A stretch of DNA of 64,000 nucleotides from Eledone cirrhosa (taxonomy: Eukaryota). This document shows positions 40,123 through 52,918 of this stretch, piece by piece. The notes beneath the pieces were generated by a model, which made no database searches, was not told where the DNA came from, and saw nothing but the letters and a program-made list of their open reading frames with translations. Within the stretch, counting starts at the first letter, position 1. Every line of letters begins with the position of its first letter. The stretch lies in assembly GCA_964016885.1 (NCBI GenBank), contig OZ024742.1:80290001-80354000 (forward strand), in the 5' to 3' direction. A program made the position numbers and the translations under genes.

Positions 40123-40167
40123 AACGGTGCTGATGATAGCTAACAAGCTTGAAACTAGTACATCGTT
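40123..40167 (+). ncRNA. Minimal type I hammerhead ribozyme
   Basis: Stem I AACGGTG/CATCGTT, CTGATGA (40130-40136), T-AGC(TAACAA)GCT-T, GAAA (40151-40154), palindromic CTAG, cleavage GTA after 40160. Confidence 0.8.
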
Positions 40168-40603
40168 CCTGTGTCAGTGTTGAACAAAAAGGTGACGTGG
40201 TTGCCTTAACACCGTATGGCATAAATTCAGGCTCTTCGCTTTGTTGACAAACAAACGAACAAAGCGGCCGGCGTTATAATAAACGTCGGCTAAACTGATG
40301 CGTGCATATATGTATGTGTACCTGTATGCATGTGTGTATGTATATGTATATATATATATATATATGCATGCTACTGTACGTCTGTATACATATATGTATG
40401 TACGTATACATACATACTTACATTTAAGTAAGTGCCATACTAAGAGTGAGAAATGAAATTTCGTTTTCATTTTTTTTCAACTCATCGTTTTCGGTATGCC
40501 TGACCGATTTAACTCACTCAATATGCAAATTAGGCTGCTCAGCCGTTAATTTTCATAAGGAAAGTATATACTTTCGAACGTTCAACTATCTGGCAGATGG
40601 GTA

Positions 40604-40648
40604 AACGGTGGTGATGATAGCTAACAAGCTTGAAACTAGTACATCGTT
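40604..40648 (+). ncRNA. Second tandem HHR copy with C3G core mutation
   Basis: Identical to 40123-40167 except GTGATGA at 40611. Confidence 0.65.
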
Positions 40649-40821
40649 CCTGTGTCAGCGTTGAACAAAATGGTGACGTGGTTGCCTTAACACCGTATGG
40701 CATAAATTCAGGCTGTTCGCTTTGTTGACAAACAAACGAACAAAGCGGCCAGCGTTATAATAAACGTCGGCTAAACTGATGCGTGCATATATGTATGTGT
40801 ACCTGTATGCATGTGTGTATG

Positions 40822-40879
<58 letters not shown>

Positions 40880-41046
40880 TGCATGCTACTGTACGTCTGT
40901 ATACATATATGTATGTACGTATACATACATACTTACATTTAAGTAAGTGCCATACTAAGAGTGAGAAATGAAATTTCGTTTTCATTTTTTTTCAACTTAT
41001 ATATATATATATATATATATATACATCTCTGTTTTATTGATATATA

Positions 41047-41109
41047 TATGTGTGTGTGTGTGGTGTGTGTGTCTGTACGCCTGTCTGCGTCTGTGACTGT
41101 GTGTTTGTG

Positions 41110-41159
<50 letters not shown>

Positions 41160-41222
41160 CACAAACACACAGTCACAGACGCAGACAGGCGTACAGACAC
41201 ACACACCACACGCACACACATA
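41047..41222. repeat. Inverted repeat, about 68-bp arms around (TA)n
   Basis: GTCTGTACGCCTGTCTGCGTCTGTGACTGTG ... CACAGTCACAGACGCAGACAGGCGTACAGAC. Confidence 0.9.
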
Positions 41223-41474
41223 TACATATTTATATAGATGTATATCCTTTTTTAGGAGGGAATTTGACGTTGAGTGCTAGAGGGAATTACATCCCTGTAT
41301 ACCGAATGTATATATATAAATATAAATAGTAAAACAATGAAATTAAACAAAAGAGGTTAATTCATAGTAAAACTCATTATTTTACGATCGTTCCCCGTAT
41401 GTCCATTCTATTATTGATCTATATAAATATATTAAAAAATATAGTAAGTCTTCAGTACCCGCGGTCTTCAGAAA

Positions 41475-41517
41475 TAATTGTTTCTACTTTTGGCACAAGG
41501 CCAGCAATCACCCAGTG
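41475..41517 (-). mobile_element. SINE 3' fragment
   Basis: AATTGTTTCTACTTTTGGCACAAGGCCAGCAATCACCCAGT matches the SINE tail. Confidence 0.7.
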
Positions 41518-42394
41518 TAGAATAGGAAGGGGCAATATAGATCCTTAAGTTGGTAGTAGTAGATGAATAAATAAGCCGTCAGGGGATGAGGTATAAAATG
41601 ACTTTTAAGAAAAGAAATGAAAGTTGTTAGTGTAAAGGAATTTAGACATATTGTATATAAAAGTGTTGATGGTCAAAGAAGATTACAGTTGGAGGAAAAG
41701 GGGTGCAGAAATGAGTGTGTTACATCAAGTAGAATAGTATAGAACAATCCTAAAATATTTGTTATTTCTTTGTTGAGAGGAATAATTTGTTCTAAAAAAA
41801 TATAATAATAAGTAGATGAATATAAATGGAACCAAAGGGAAGTAAAATTTAGATAAACAATAGATAAAATACTATATAGGTAAGAAAATACTAAAGTTTG
41901 TGTAAGTATTGTATTGTGTTAGAGTGGTTAGAAAGAAGTTTAACCTGTAGGGAATTATATTTTCGAATAAGAAATCACATTAATATCTATTTTTTTTTTT
42001 TTAAAGGGGGTTTGAATGCATATCAATTAAAAGATTTGTTAGATTGTTGAAACTATGTAATATACAGTGTTCATTTTTAGTTAATTACTTAAAACAGATA
42101 TAGGGATTAAAACAGTTATAGGGAACTATATGGGATATAGGATTTAATCCATGGACTAATCATAATTGCAGAAAAAAAAATATATATATACAGATATATA
42201 TATATATATATATACATACACACACATGTATATACATATATACTCACATATATATATATATATATATACACGCACACACACATACACATATTATATATAC
42301 ACCAACACATAAGCATATACGCACACACAGGTATATATATAGAGGCGCACATCTATGTATACACATACATATACATATATATATATATACATAT

Positions 42395-42444
<50 letters not shown>

Positions 42445-42474
42445 TTTTTCTCCTATATATTTGTCTATATTTAT

Positions 42475-45270
42475 TTAGTTGTTTTTATAATATTTGAATG
42501 TCCTTCTAATTGTATGATTACATGCTATAATTAATTCTTGTCTTTTATTAAATAGAGTGTCGTTCGATTTAGTAATTTCAAAAATTTCTTGGGAACATAG
42601 TCCTCACTCCCTTCTATTGCCCTGATAAGAAATGCCTCTCTTGAGAATCTTTCAAGTTAGGTTATAGTCAATATTCTTCTTTTTACAATTATTAACTGCT
42701 TCTGCTATAGAAGTGGTATTAGCTAATTTTGTGTTTCGGAAACTGTGGGTGTGAGTATGAAATCTCGATTTAAATGGATTAGAAGTGGATCCTATATAGG
42801 ATTGGTTGGTGTCCTTAGTGGTGATTATACCTTTATATACTATATTATTAATTAACCAAGTTCCATTTAAGGGGCAATTATCTTTTATTCTACAATTACA
42901 ACCGTTGGCATATAGGGTTTCAGATATGTTATCTATATTTCCAATAATAGTGCTAGTATTTGTACTTACCTTTTTATTGGGGAGAGAAGGGTTTACTGTT
43001 GGGTGGTCATGGCCTAAAGGGTTGTTAGTTGGTGAAATCATACTGGATATAGCGTTTATAGAATCATGGTTGTTTTGGAAGTTATTGGTTAGATTGGGAA
43101 TGCAATTCTTAGTCCATATTAAGGATGAGGAAGATGGTAGATGGATGTAGGCTGATGTATTGTGCTGGTGAAGTGAGTGAGCGGATGTAACAGGTGGATA
43201 TGTAATAATATTCTGATTATCCATTGTAGTATTACCATAGTTATCTTGTGATTGGTGTGTTTTAGTGTAGATATTGTTATCAGATGATACTATAATATTG
43301 TGATCGTTATTATGGGTGTGAACTAATTGTTTAGTAGACTTTTGAATTGTTTTAGTTTCTGATTTATTGCTTTTTGTTTGATTTATAGAGGATATTTTGG
43401 GTTTTATTAATGGAACTTTATTGATAGGACCTGGAATTCTGGTATTATTCTTGTTATTTACAGTAGTTCGGGTAGGTTTCTCTTGTTTTTAGGATTATAA
43501 GGATGTAGTTTGGTTAGGTTGAAGGTTCAATGAAATAGGTAATATATCATTAGGTTTATCGTGAGAATTAAGATATAAGATGTTATGATTAACTGCTTTT
43601 TTAAGATTAGTGGAGTTAGGTGTTTGCGTATGGTTTGTAGAAATATTATTAAGTAGGTTATAGAAATATTCAGAAGCGTTAGGATTGATGATTTTTAGCG
43701 ATTTTGTATCATTCGTGTTAATGCGGGTAGTAGGAGTGATGGTAGGATCTAGGTTTTTAGGTGCGTCATTGGTGGCACTAACTTTTTGGTGTTCTTTATG
43801 TTGTTTGTTGCTTATGCTTGGTTGTATGCTGGAGGTATTCATGGTGTTAGGTATGTAAAATATGTTATCCTTGTAGCAACTTCAAGCTAAATCCTCATTA
43901 AAATAAGGTGCATTTTTATAGAATATTTTTCATTAGATGATACTTTAGATAATCAGAGTGAGATATTGTACACTATATTTTTTAGTATGGAACTAGGATG
44001 GTTAGATTATGAGTGTATATAATACAGGTTTTGGTTTGGTTTGTGGTAGTGTTGGTAAGTGCCTGTTGATAGATTTAAAGTGATGTCGAGGAAATTGACC
44101 ATTTTAGTGCTATTTTCAAAAGTAATGGTAAGATTATAGTAGTTTTTGAGGAAATTCCTAATATGTTTTTTATTTCTCTCAATTGCCGAGAGACTAAGAT
44201 TGTTAGATAGAAGAAGACAGTCATCGTGATATAGACCACCTTTGAGGTGGGGAAAAGAGGAATTTAAATTATATAGGAGGAAGAGGCCCACAAGGTTCGT
44301 AACCTGGGCGGAATCCATCGACCCCATAGTGATATCATATAAATCTCTATATGTATTTCTAGTCCAATACTTGTCTTGGCAGTCCAGTAGTGTTAGTCTG
44401 GCATGTGTGATGATATTAATTTCATTCATAGTTATGTCCGATCTAATTTTGGCGAAAAGTAATGCTTTATTCAGTAGTATGTGGTTACTGAAGAATAATA
44501 TGCATCGATGTCGAATTGGAGAAATGAAGCCGATGGCTTATTTTTGATGTCGGTGAACCAATTGATAACTTGGGAAGTGTTTTCCAACAGCGGTAGTTTT
44601 ACATGTTTCCTTAGTTGTGGGATAACTTTATAAAGAATCTTCTTGCTTATTATTCCAAATGTCCGACTTAGAGGGCATATGAGTTTAATCGATGGGTTCG
44701 AGTTGAAGTCAGATTTATGATCTTTCCGATTAAAGTGTGGATTTTTTGGTGTGAAAGTTTCGGTTCTATCTTCGATGTTGAGTTCTTTTACTATGGAGTG
44801 TGATTTATTGTTTATAGAGGTAAGTGCTGTACTACTGATTTTCTTGTAGTTCTTCCTTTGTTCTTTATAAATGAACTGGTTATATTTATCAATGTTCATA
44901 TGGTATAAGTTACCAGTTTTGTCAGAGTGGACATGAACTTGACTAGAGCTTTTTAGTTTAAATAGGGTAGAGTCCAGTTCTTTTTGAAAGTTTGATATTT
45001 GTTTCCTAAATTTGATGTGTTTAATCATATTGAGTAAATCTTTTTCAAAAATGTCAAGTATAGAATTGTGAGGAGGGTTTTTATATGTGCGAAAGTCATA
45101 GAAGTTTTTCTTCTCATCTCATTGGTTGTGTTGTCGAAGTGGTATGCCCGCCAACGAACTATTCTAATAAATTGCTTAGTTTTTTGTATAAGAAGAAGAA
45201 GGAATTCATCTTTAGAGGGAATTGATACATTTTTTTTGTAAGTATTTTCCTAAGTATTGTCTTTCCATTG
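42475..45270 (-). pseudogene. Near full-length decayed Penelope-like ORF (RT + long linker + GIY-YIG), probably Naiad-type
   Basis: SDKTGNLY, KDHK.DF..NP..LICP, FLQFDIDAYYSS, DITMGS.D.A.V..LVGL, GLYHDDCL, VNFLDITLNL.TG.Y..Y.KPN, CNCR....CPLNG, IVYK...YIGST...FK.RF..H..SF, NKRQELIIACNH. Clade assignment is from recalled motif similarity. Confidence 0.85.
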
Positions 45271-46053
45271 CAATACGGATATTACACAAAATTAAGAGCT
45301 GAACTAAATATATTAATTAATGAAAAATATCAACAAAATATCAATAAAAAGGAGCAGAGTACTCAGATAAACCCACCAATTAATGGTAGGGTCTAAACTG
45401 TTTGAGGAACTCAATGTAATCCGTATGTAGCAGATGCCGTGAAGCTAAGTTTAAAATACAAAATGTTCAACGATATAGTTCATTGGATACAGAGTAAAAA
45501 AAAATGTATATATATATATATGCTGGCGTGTGTGAGTATGTGTCTTCCTTTATGTGTGAGTATGTATGCTTTTTCGATATTTATTTAGGTATATATAATA
45601 CATGGCTTACACTATAGGAGGTGTTTTACACTGGTGTATGACGAATTCACATACGGGATTGATATTATCTGGTATAAATTCACTAAAAATCTAAACATTT
45701 CACCTAATTCGTTTTTTTTTAAACTTTACAAGCTACCTATTGTTTTCACTCCCATATGCTTTCTTATTTTTACTCAAATACATAGTCAGTAGTAATATTT
45801 CTTTACTCACAATTTGCTGCCAGCAAGTAAATGTTCTATCTTAAAACCATATGATGTTTATATCGTTGTTCTTCCAATTGCAATTACATAGATTATATTT
45901 TGATGATGCCACGCGCGTATGTCTTTTTCTTTTACCTTCTTTTCTTATTTTTCCCCGTCCCTTCCTCTTATCACTCTTTACTTTCTGTTTTTTTACTATT
46001 TTTAACTTTATCCTCTGATGAAGGACTAGTGACCAAATTATTAAGACACTCTC

Positions 46054-46197
<144 letters not shown>

Positions 46198-46440
46198 ATA
46201 TATATATGTGTATATATATATGTGTATATATACATAGATATATATGTGTATAGCTATATAGATATCTTCTGAAGATCCCATTAAGGGTGAAAGCAGCGAT
46301 TCTTTGCTTACACTTTAATCTGTTATTTAGATAAATATTTGCTCTAGGGTTTTATATATATTTATATATATATTATCCTTATAGAGCTCTCCTCGGATTT
46401 TAGCTTTCACTTTTATTATTATTACTATTTTATATATATA

Positions 46441-49326
46441 TGTAGTGACCTACATTCCGCGGGCTCACATACATTCTCCGTGCGTGATTTGGCTCATCTT
46501 AGCCAATCAGCGCCAGTAGAAGAGGATGTATCACTACGCGTTCTGAGGGAGAAATAGCCCGCAAAGATTTGAGGACGCTATCACTTCCTGCTAGACCGTG
46601 CTAAGGTAAACACCACTTGTTCTTTTGCGCCGCCAGCACAAACAATAAGTAACGACACAACAATTTTACTATGGAATTGGCTAAACGCCTCAGCCAGTCG
46701 ACCGTATTTACTCTTGTAATCTTAATTGATTTGTTTTATTTCTCTTGGCATGCCAGCTCAACCTCTGTTAATATATAATGTAACACCAAGCTAAAGTCGT
46801 TGTCGATATTCCTATCATATCTTTCTACCAAACTGGTGGTTCCTCGTGGCAACATCACAACTTCTACAATATACCTCTCCGCTAAATTGGTGACAATATA
46901 CCTACACCATATTGGTGACCTTCGACGATTTAGAATGAAAACGCTGCCTTTTTGAATTCGCCATTCGTTTTAACGACAATGTGGAATGTTCGAATCGGGT
47001 AGCTAGACTCACTTAGCGTAAGTCCATAAAATTCATAATATTCCATTTGTTGAAGCACGCATCCTGCACAATATTTCTGTCATAACTTTCATGGTGACAC
47101 TATTGACTCACGCATACAGACGAACACAAAAATACAACACAAAAGAAAGAGTTTTTTCGACGACTAACAACAAATTTCTCTTTTGGATTGAAAATTCTGG
47201 GATGTCTTCTATCCGTTTGAGGTGGTTTGGCATATTTCAATTGTTTGATTAAATGAGTACGGTGACCACCGACTAAGAACAACTTGCTTTGCGAGCATAG
47301 TTTGTTAAAAACAAAAAACAAAAATAAAAAAAAAGGATTTCTCTGGATATTAAATTATGCTTTCAACATTCTGTTAAAATTACAAATGGAGACTCACAAA
47401 TTTTGTTTTCCCGCGTACAGCTTGTCTTCTTCAATCCCAGCCGTTTGATTGGCTGCATCGTGCCACATGACGGCTTCTTCATCACGGACACATTTTTCGA
47501 TCGGCCATCATGGAAAATAATTTTTTTTATTTAGAATATTTTCAAATTTTCTTTAGAATATTTTTGGAAAAAAAATTAGCAGCATTTCACAAACTTTACG
47601 CCACGAGGAAATTTCAAAACGGCTAACACTAAGTACCAGCCATCAGCAGCAGCACATGGCTAACTATTAACCAACACCAGGGTACGGCTTGTAACTTTAC
47701 CGACGCAAACCATACCTTCTGTCTCGTTACCACAAGGACTCGAGAAATTAAGACATTAGTTTTCTCACCATTATGGCGTCAGACGTGGCTGCCATATCGG
47801 TGACTCTGAGTTCTTCAACGCTCGACTTCTACTCTACAGAAGATTCATTGTGCCTTTGCTTTAACAACAACTCTACTAGCTCCCTAGTAAAAGCGTTCCC
47901 AAAGAAAAAAGAAGCGACTTTTTGTTAAAAGAAAAGAAACACTTCTTTCTTTCTTCTTTTTTTTTCAGGCATTTATTTTGGACATTTATTTTTTTTAAAC
48001 TGTATTATATGAAAATTCATTTCTCTCTATCATTGTATATGTAACCGCACGCACACATTGTCTTTGCTGTATTACATGCCTGCATATATACACACACCAA
48101 CATGTTGTTGTCTATAGTATATGATCTTCAAGCGTCGTAATATTCTGCGAGATCCCTTTTCACCTTCTGGAGGTACCAAAACATGCTATCGACACTTGCA
48201 GCTTAATTCACCTGCACCGCAACACGAGTATGCTAATTGCAGCTGAACTCAAACAGTTTCGCATCTCGTTGCACACTTATCTTCCATAACAACCTATCTT
48301 GTTATCTTACCCAGCTCACCGGCAAAACAACAAATAGAACTGGAGTTGTCAGCATTTAAAACACTTCTGTGGATTCACCCGAATGATGGAACTGCAACCC
48401 ACCTACAGATTCAACTTGCTTTTTTTTCTTTTCAAAGCAACCAGCCATTTTTTCCTGGCGCCCTAGCACATTCGGCAATACATCTGGGAGGCCAACCTTT
48501 TCTCGCGTACCGATCATCTTCTTGCCAGCACTGGTAAACTACCATAATAGCTTCGTTCACAGCTACTGGTACAACACTTACCATTAACATTTAATGCAAG
48601 AACAGCAACTTCGCCCATATCAGACTTTAACTGTTTTCTGGTAGACCTTTGCTGGTCACGTATAAACTTCAAAACAGCTAGTCATTTGAGAGCGGCTCAA
48701 CACGGCCCGTCGCGCCTCATTTTTGTTTCTTGCATGCATATTTCTGCTCAATTATTTTTTCACTGATGTGCTCTTTCAGCATTTGTTCTTGCTGATTCAA
48801 TAATCTGTGGGTCCTCGGCTTCATCGTTAACGATTTTCGGCTAAAAATCTGCTCGGAGGTGATGTAGTGACCTACATTCCGCGGGCTCACATACATTCTC
48901 TGTGCGTGATTTGGCTCATCTTAGCCAATCAGTGCCAGTAGAAGAGGATGTAAACCTACGCGTTCTGAGGGAGAAATAGCCCGCAAAGATTTGAGGACGC
49001 GATCACTTCCAGCTAGACCACTAAGGTAAACACCACTTGTTCTTTTGATCCGCCAGCACGAAAATATGTAACGACACAACAATTTTACTATGGAATTGGC
49101 TAAACGCCTCAGCCAGTCGACCGTATTTTCTCTTGTAATCTTAATTGATTTGTTTTATTTATCTTGGCATGCCAGCTCAACCTCTGTTAATAAATAATGT
49201 AACACCAAGCTAAAGTCGTTGTCGATATTCCTATCATATCTTTCTACCAAACTGGTGGTTCCTCGTGGCAACATTACAACTTCTACAATATAACTCTCCG
49301 CTAAATTGGTGACAATATACCTACAC

Positions 49327-49328
<2 letters not shown>
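46441..49328 (+). mobile_element. Non-autonomous/decayed Gypsy-type LTR retrotransposon
   Basis: LTRs 46441-46909 and 48863-49328 (TG...CA, roughly 95% identical by eye). PBS-like TGGTGACC at 46913. Purine-rich GGAGGTGA before the 3' LTR. Inserted in TA-rich flanks. No long internal ORF. Confidence 0.9.
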
Positions 49329-49394
<66 letters not shown>

Positions 49395-49396
<2 letters not shown>

Positions 49397-49592
49397 GAAG
49401 GATTTGTGGTAAGGAAGCAGAGGGACCATAACGCACCAGAGTACTCAATACTTAGGGCAGTAGAGTGGGTAATAGGAAAAAGTATGACCCCGACGGCAGA
49501 GCTCATGCCGTTTAGACGGCTATTTCTGGACTGAAATAACCGTCGAAACGGACTGAGCTCTGCCGCGTCGGGGTCATAATTTGTTCCTATTA
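49395..49592 (-). mobile_element. Mini fold-back element, family C (second copy)
   Basis: Shares GGACCATAACGCACCAGAGTACT..ATACTTAGGG.AGTAGAGTGGGTAATAG with 22755-22940. Arms 49470-49526 and 49533-49592. Flanked by (TA)n. Confidence 0.7.
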
Positions 49593-50699
49593 TATATATA
49601 TATATATAAGGGCGTGTGCATACGCGTTATTACTCTGCTCTCTATAACACAGACGTATGTGTACATATCCTTATAGTTTCATATGTATATATAGATACCC
49701 CACGTTGAAGGAAGACTGAAAATGTCAACAGGTTACGTTAAGTGTATCTTCTACTGTAACGCGTTAAGCTTCTAAATGAGATCGCTTATCCTGACTTGAC
49801 ACATACAATTTCTATAAGATATATAACATAAGTAGCTTTCGCGAAACACAGTAAAACATGCGTTCATATCTTTCGCCACATGTCAATTGTAATCACAATG
49901 CTTTATTGTCCATTCAGATCTATATTTATATATACTTATGTACGATCTTGGTTATCTGCCATCCACATTTTCCCTCGTGGCAATACAACATTTTGTCGTT
50001 GTCTGCATGCTTGAAATACTTTATACCCACATGAAACATACAGATTTATGATGATTGACTCCTTTTTGCCGTAACTCTGACGGTGTTGGCTAAACGAGTA
50101 CTATATCTTGCTAAAGGGCATCCTATAACTATATATAAGAATTTGTTGACGCTACACATATTTATCCTCTCCAAACTGTCTGGAAATAATTTCTTCATAT
50201 TGTCTTAAATTTACTAATTTTTCTGTGTGGTGGACTACAATTTCTGCACAGATTTCCTACTTTAAACTTTATTTCTAAAGTTCTGTGAGAAAATAAATGC
50301 ATTATTTATCATCTGATACTAATACACTAATGTAGGATTTAACTCAGGATTTGTAGATTTCTATCACTCATAACAAAAGAAACAGTGGGTTAGTTGCAGT
50401 AGCTCTGACTGTAAAGAAGCAGAAGTGTGATTTAGCAGTCAACGACATTGCTCGATATAGGTCCATCAAACGATAGATACTAATACACACAGTGAGATAT
50501 ATGCACACACTGTCCAGTCCCTATAGCAGCGAGGATAAGCGGTCAATATAGATCTATATATAGATGAGACGTTCCCGCTAATATGACAATTTAAAAAAAG
50601 GTCGGTTGCATGAATGTATATGGCCAGTAGTCGTCTTGAAACAGAGGTCACATGCTTTACAACCTCAGCTCATTAGCTATAAATGTGAGAGACGTCAGT

Positions 50700-52918
50700 G
50701 AGGCAAGGATCTCCAATATGTATGTATTAGACCCCGTTTGAACGAAATTGAAAACTAGCTATCTCTTAGTCTGCCGGGAATTGGAGACCCCGTGTTAAAG
50801 CTGATCAGAAAAGGCATGGAATCTGATGTACGGACCTGGACTGTAAACTGGTAGTCCGGGACGTAAACGATATCAACATTGTTGATTTTAGAATGGTGGC
50901 ATACTTGCGCCGTGTAGGTGAATACGGAGGATTTCTTCAGGCACGTGGAATATTTTCTTGGAACAACTGGCCGTTTGCTGTTAGGGGTGAACTGGAACAG
51001 ACAGGCTCGTACTGTGGGGGAGTAGACTATATAAGTGGTTGCTGGAAAAGGGTCACAAATATGTTCAGAAAATTCCAAATGTCTGTCAAGTGTGGACAAA
51101 ATTTCCCGAATGCAGCAAAAGCATATGGTTTTCTAGATTGTATATAGATATTTTTTCGTAAGCTTCCCAATGACGGATTGCATAGGGTGTCTAGACCTAC
51201 AAACTGACCCCAAATTTCTGATATGTATGGTCGACCTAGATAGAACGCATAGAAAGGGACGCAGTTACTGCGGGAGCTGGTGGGTTCGCCCGTCATCAGA
51301 TGATCGCTGCAATGCAAATGGTGATCTGCTATTATAGGAAGAGATCCAGATTACGTGCTCTGTCTGTCAAGGTTTCCCTCCTTCTTATTTTCTGTATGTG
51401 CTGATTCTGAAGCACTTACTCCTGAGTGGAGCTGTTGCGGCACATAACTATCGTACTAGGAGGCAGCATATACTGAGGTTGTCATCGTGTTGGTGTCGAA
51501 AATCGAGGCTGTCGGTACCTACGTCGAGGAATATGCAAGGTTGACGAGAAAACATACCCTCCCGGATAAGTGGTTGGGATTGCAGCACGCCACGTGGGGA
51601 GGCAAATCCAAGCTGTGAAAAGCGTCTAGGTCTGCTTCGGGAATGAGATAAAGAGCCCGGTCGTCACTCTTACTCAGAAATAGGCTAAACAGAAGTTATT
51701 CTTGAAAAGTAAGCTGTAGGTGTCAAACACGTACCTCTCTTCTCTCATATCTTATCATCAAATGATCGTACCATGCCTCAATCCATGCCTCATCAGATTG
51801 CAGCACTTTCTACGTAACAGCTTGTGGATGCAATAGGTTTCACTACTTGCCAGCAAGCCTATCTGCTGTCAGCTGTGTTTGCGGAGGTTTCGTCATGCCG
51901 TGGTTGATGATACGCAAACAATCGATGAAGCTTCGGCATTTGTAGTTATCCATCAACGGTAAACATGTTTAGTCGCCTTCTGTAAGGCAATTTATTCCGC
52001 ACCTCATCTGTTTGTATAAGCTGCAGTCGTGTGGCAAGTAGAACAGAGACGGGCGGCTGGCGTCTGAAACGCTGCCTGGTTCACACAATCAATTGTGCAA
52101 CGTGGTCAGTGGTAAATCAACAAAAGCGTTTTATAGAGAACTAGTGGCGGAGCTGTGGGAAGACTTTGTCGTAGAGATGCTTCTCGTGGACAAAAACGAA
52201 CTAGATTATCTGTCACTAATGAATTATCCTATGGATAATTTCCAAAAATCCCTCTCCAAGCTGAGTGACACGGTGATAATTCTAGTTCGAGTCAAATTCT
52301 ACGGGCATGGAATTTGTGTCCGAGATGCGGACAGAACTACTCAGCACGCAATCGTTCATAATCCGGGCATTGTTGATTTCAGCTATCATTGCGTCTAGTA
52401 TGGATCCGGATATCATGTGACGCGATTATGTAGAACCTCTTTCCGCTTCTTGAAGCTATAGTGGGTGGTTGATCCGATTGACAGGAGTGAAGATGGTAAT
52501 TTTCCACTTCGATGAAGTCATCATCGAATCTTTCAAATTCCACTTCGAAAGGAAGATGACGATTGAAAGTAAAATATTACACCTCAGTAGAATTATTAAA
52601 AAGTCAGCGAATGTATTGAGGATGATCCGAAGTAATGGATCTAATGTGACCATTGTCTGTATGCTGGAAATTTAAGAGAGGAATGGGGCACATTTCAATG
52701 TGTTTTTAACTTTTAAGGTCCTTTCAGATCTGTTGGTTTCCTAATCTACGCATGATGACCCCGCTTTTGGAGAAATCTACTGTTTTAATTCATTGATATC
52801 TTGTTAACTGTTTCTTTGTTGTTTACACGACTAATTATATGCAAATCACATTTGCCATAATCCATTGTATTGTCCCTTACTTTTCAACCCTGTTCTCCAA
52901 TAAAGAAGGAACTATTAT
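50700..52918 (+). mobile_element. Highly degenerate Tx1/L1 LINE (related to 226-2172)
   Basis: GGF.MPWLM, SGKSTKAFYRELV, DNFQKSL and FKFHFERKM match the first element. 3' end TGTATTGTCCC...CAATAAA...TATTAT is shared. The 5' boundary is approximate. Confidence 0.7.

Larger units (their letters stand above)
39481..41041 (+). mobile_element. Tandem HHR-containing 481-nt repeat, family B (retrozyme-like), about 2.4 direct units plus inverted partial unit
   Basis: Direct array 39820-40997 with period 481 (HHR cores at 40130 and 40611). 39522-39819 is an inverted partial unit. The outer ends 39481-39504 and 41019-41041 are also inverted. No real ORF. Confidence 0.85.

Noticed and set aside
39820-40997. 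CRISPR-like or ordinary satellite interpretation of the tandem repeat
   Set aside because: Eukaryotic context, no unique spacers, and each unit carries a hammerhead.
42120-42170. ATGA..AAA motif on the minus strand as a SECIS for the Naiad-like ORF
   Set aside because: No complementary 3' helix with the GA quartet, and it is separated from the ORF by microsatellites.
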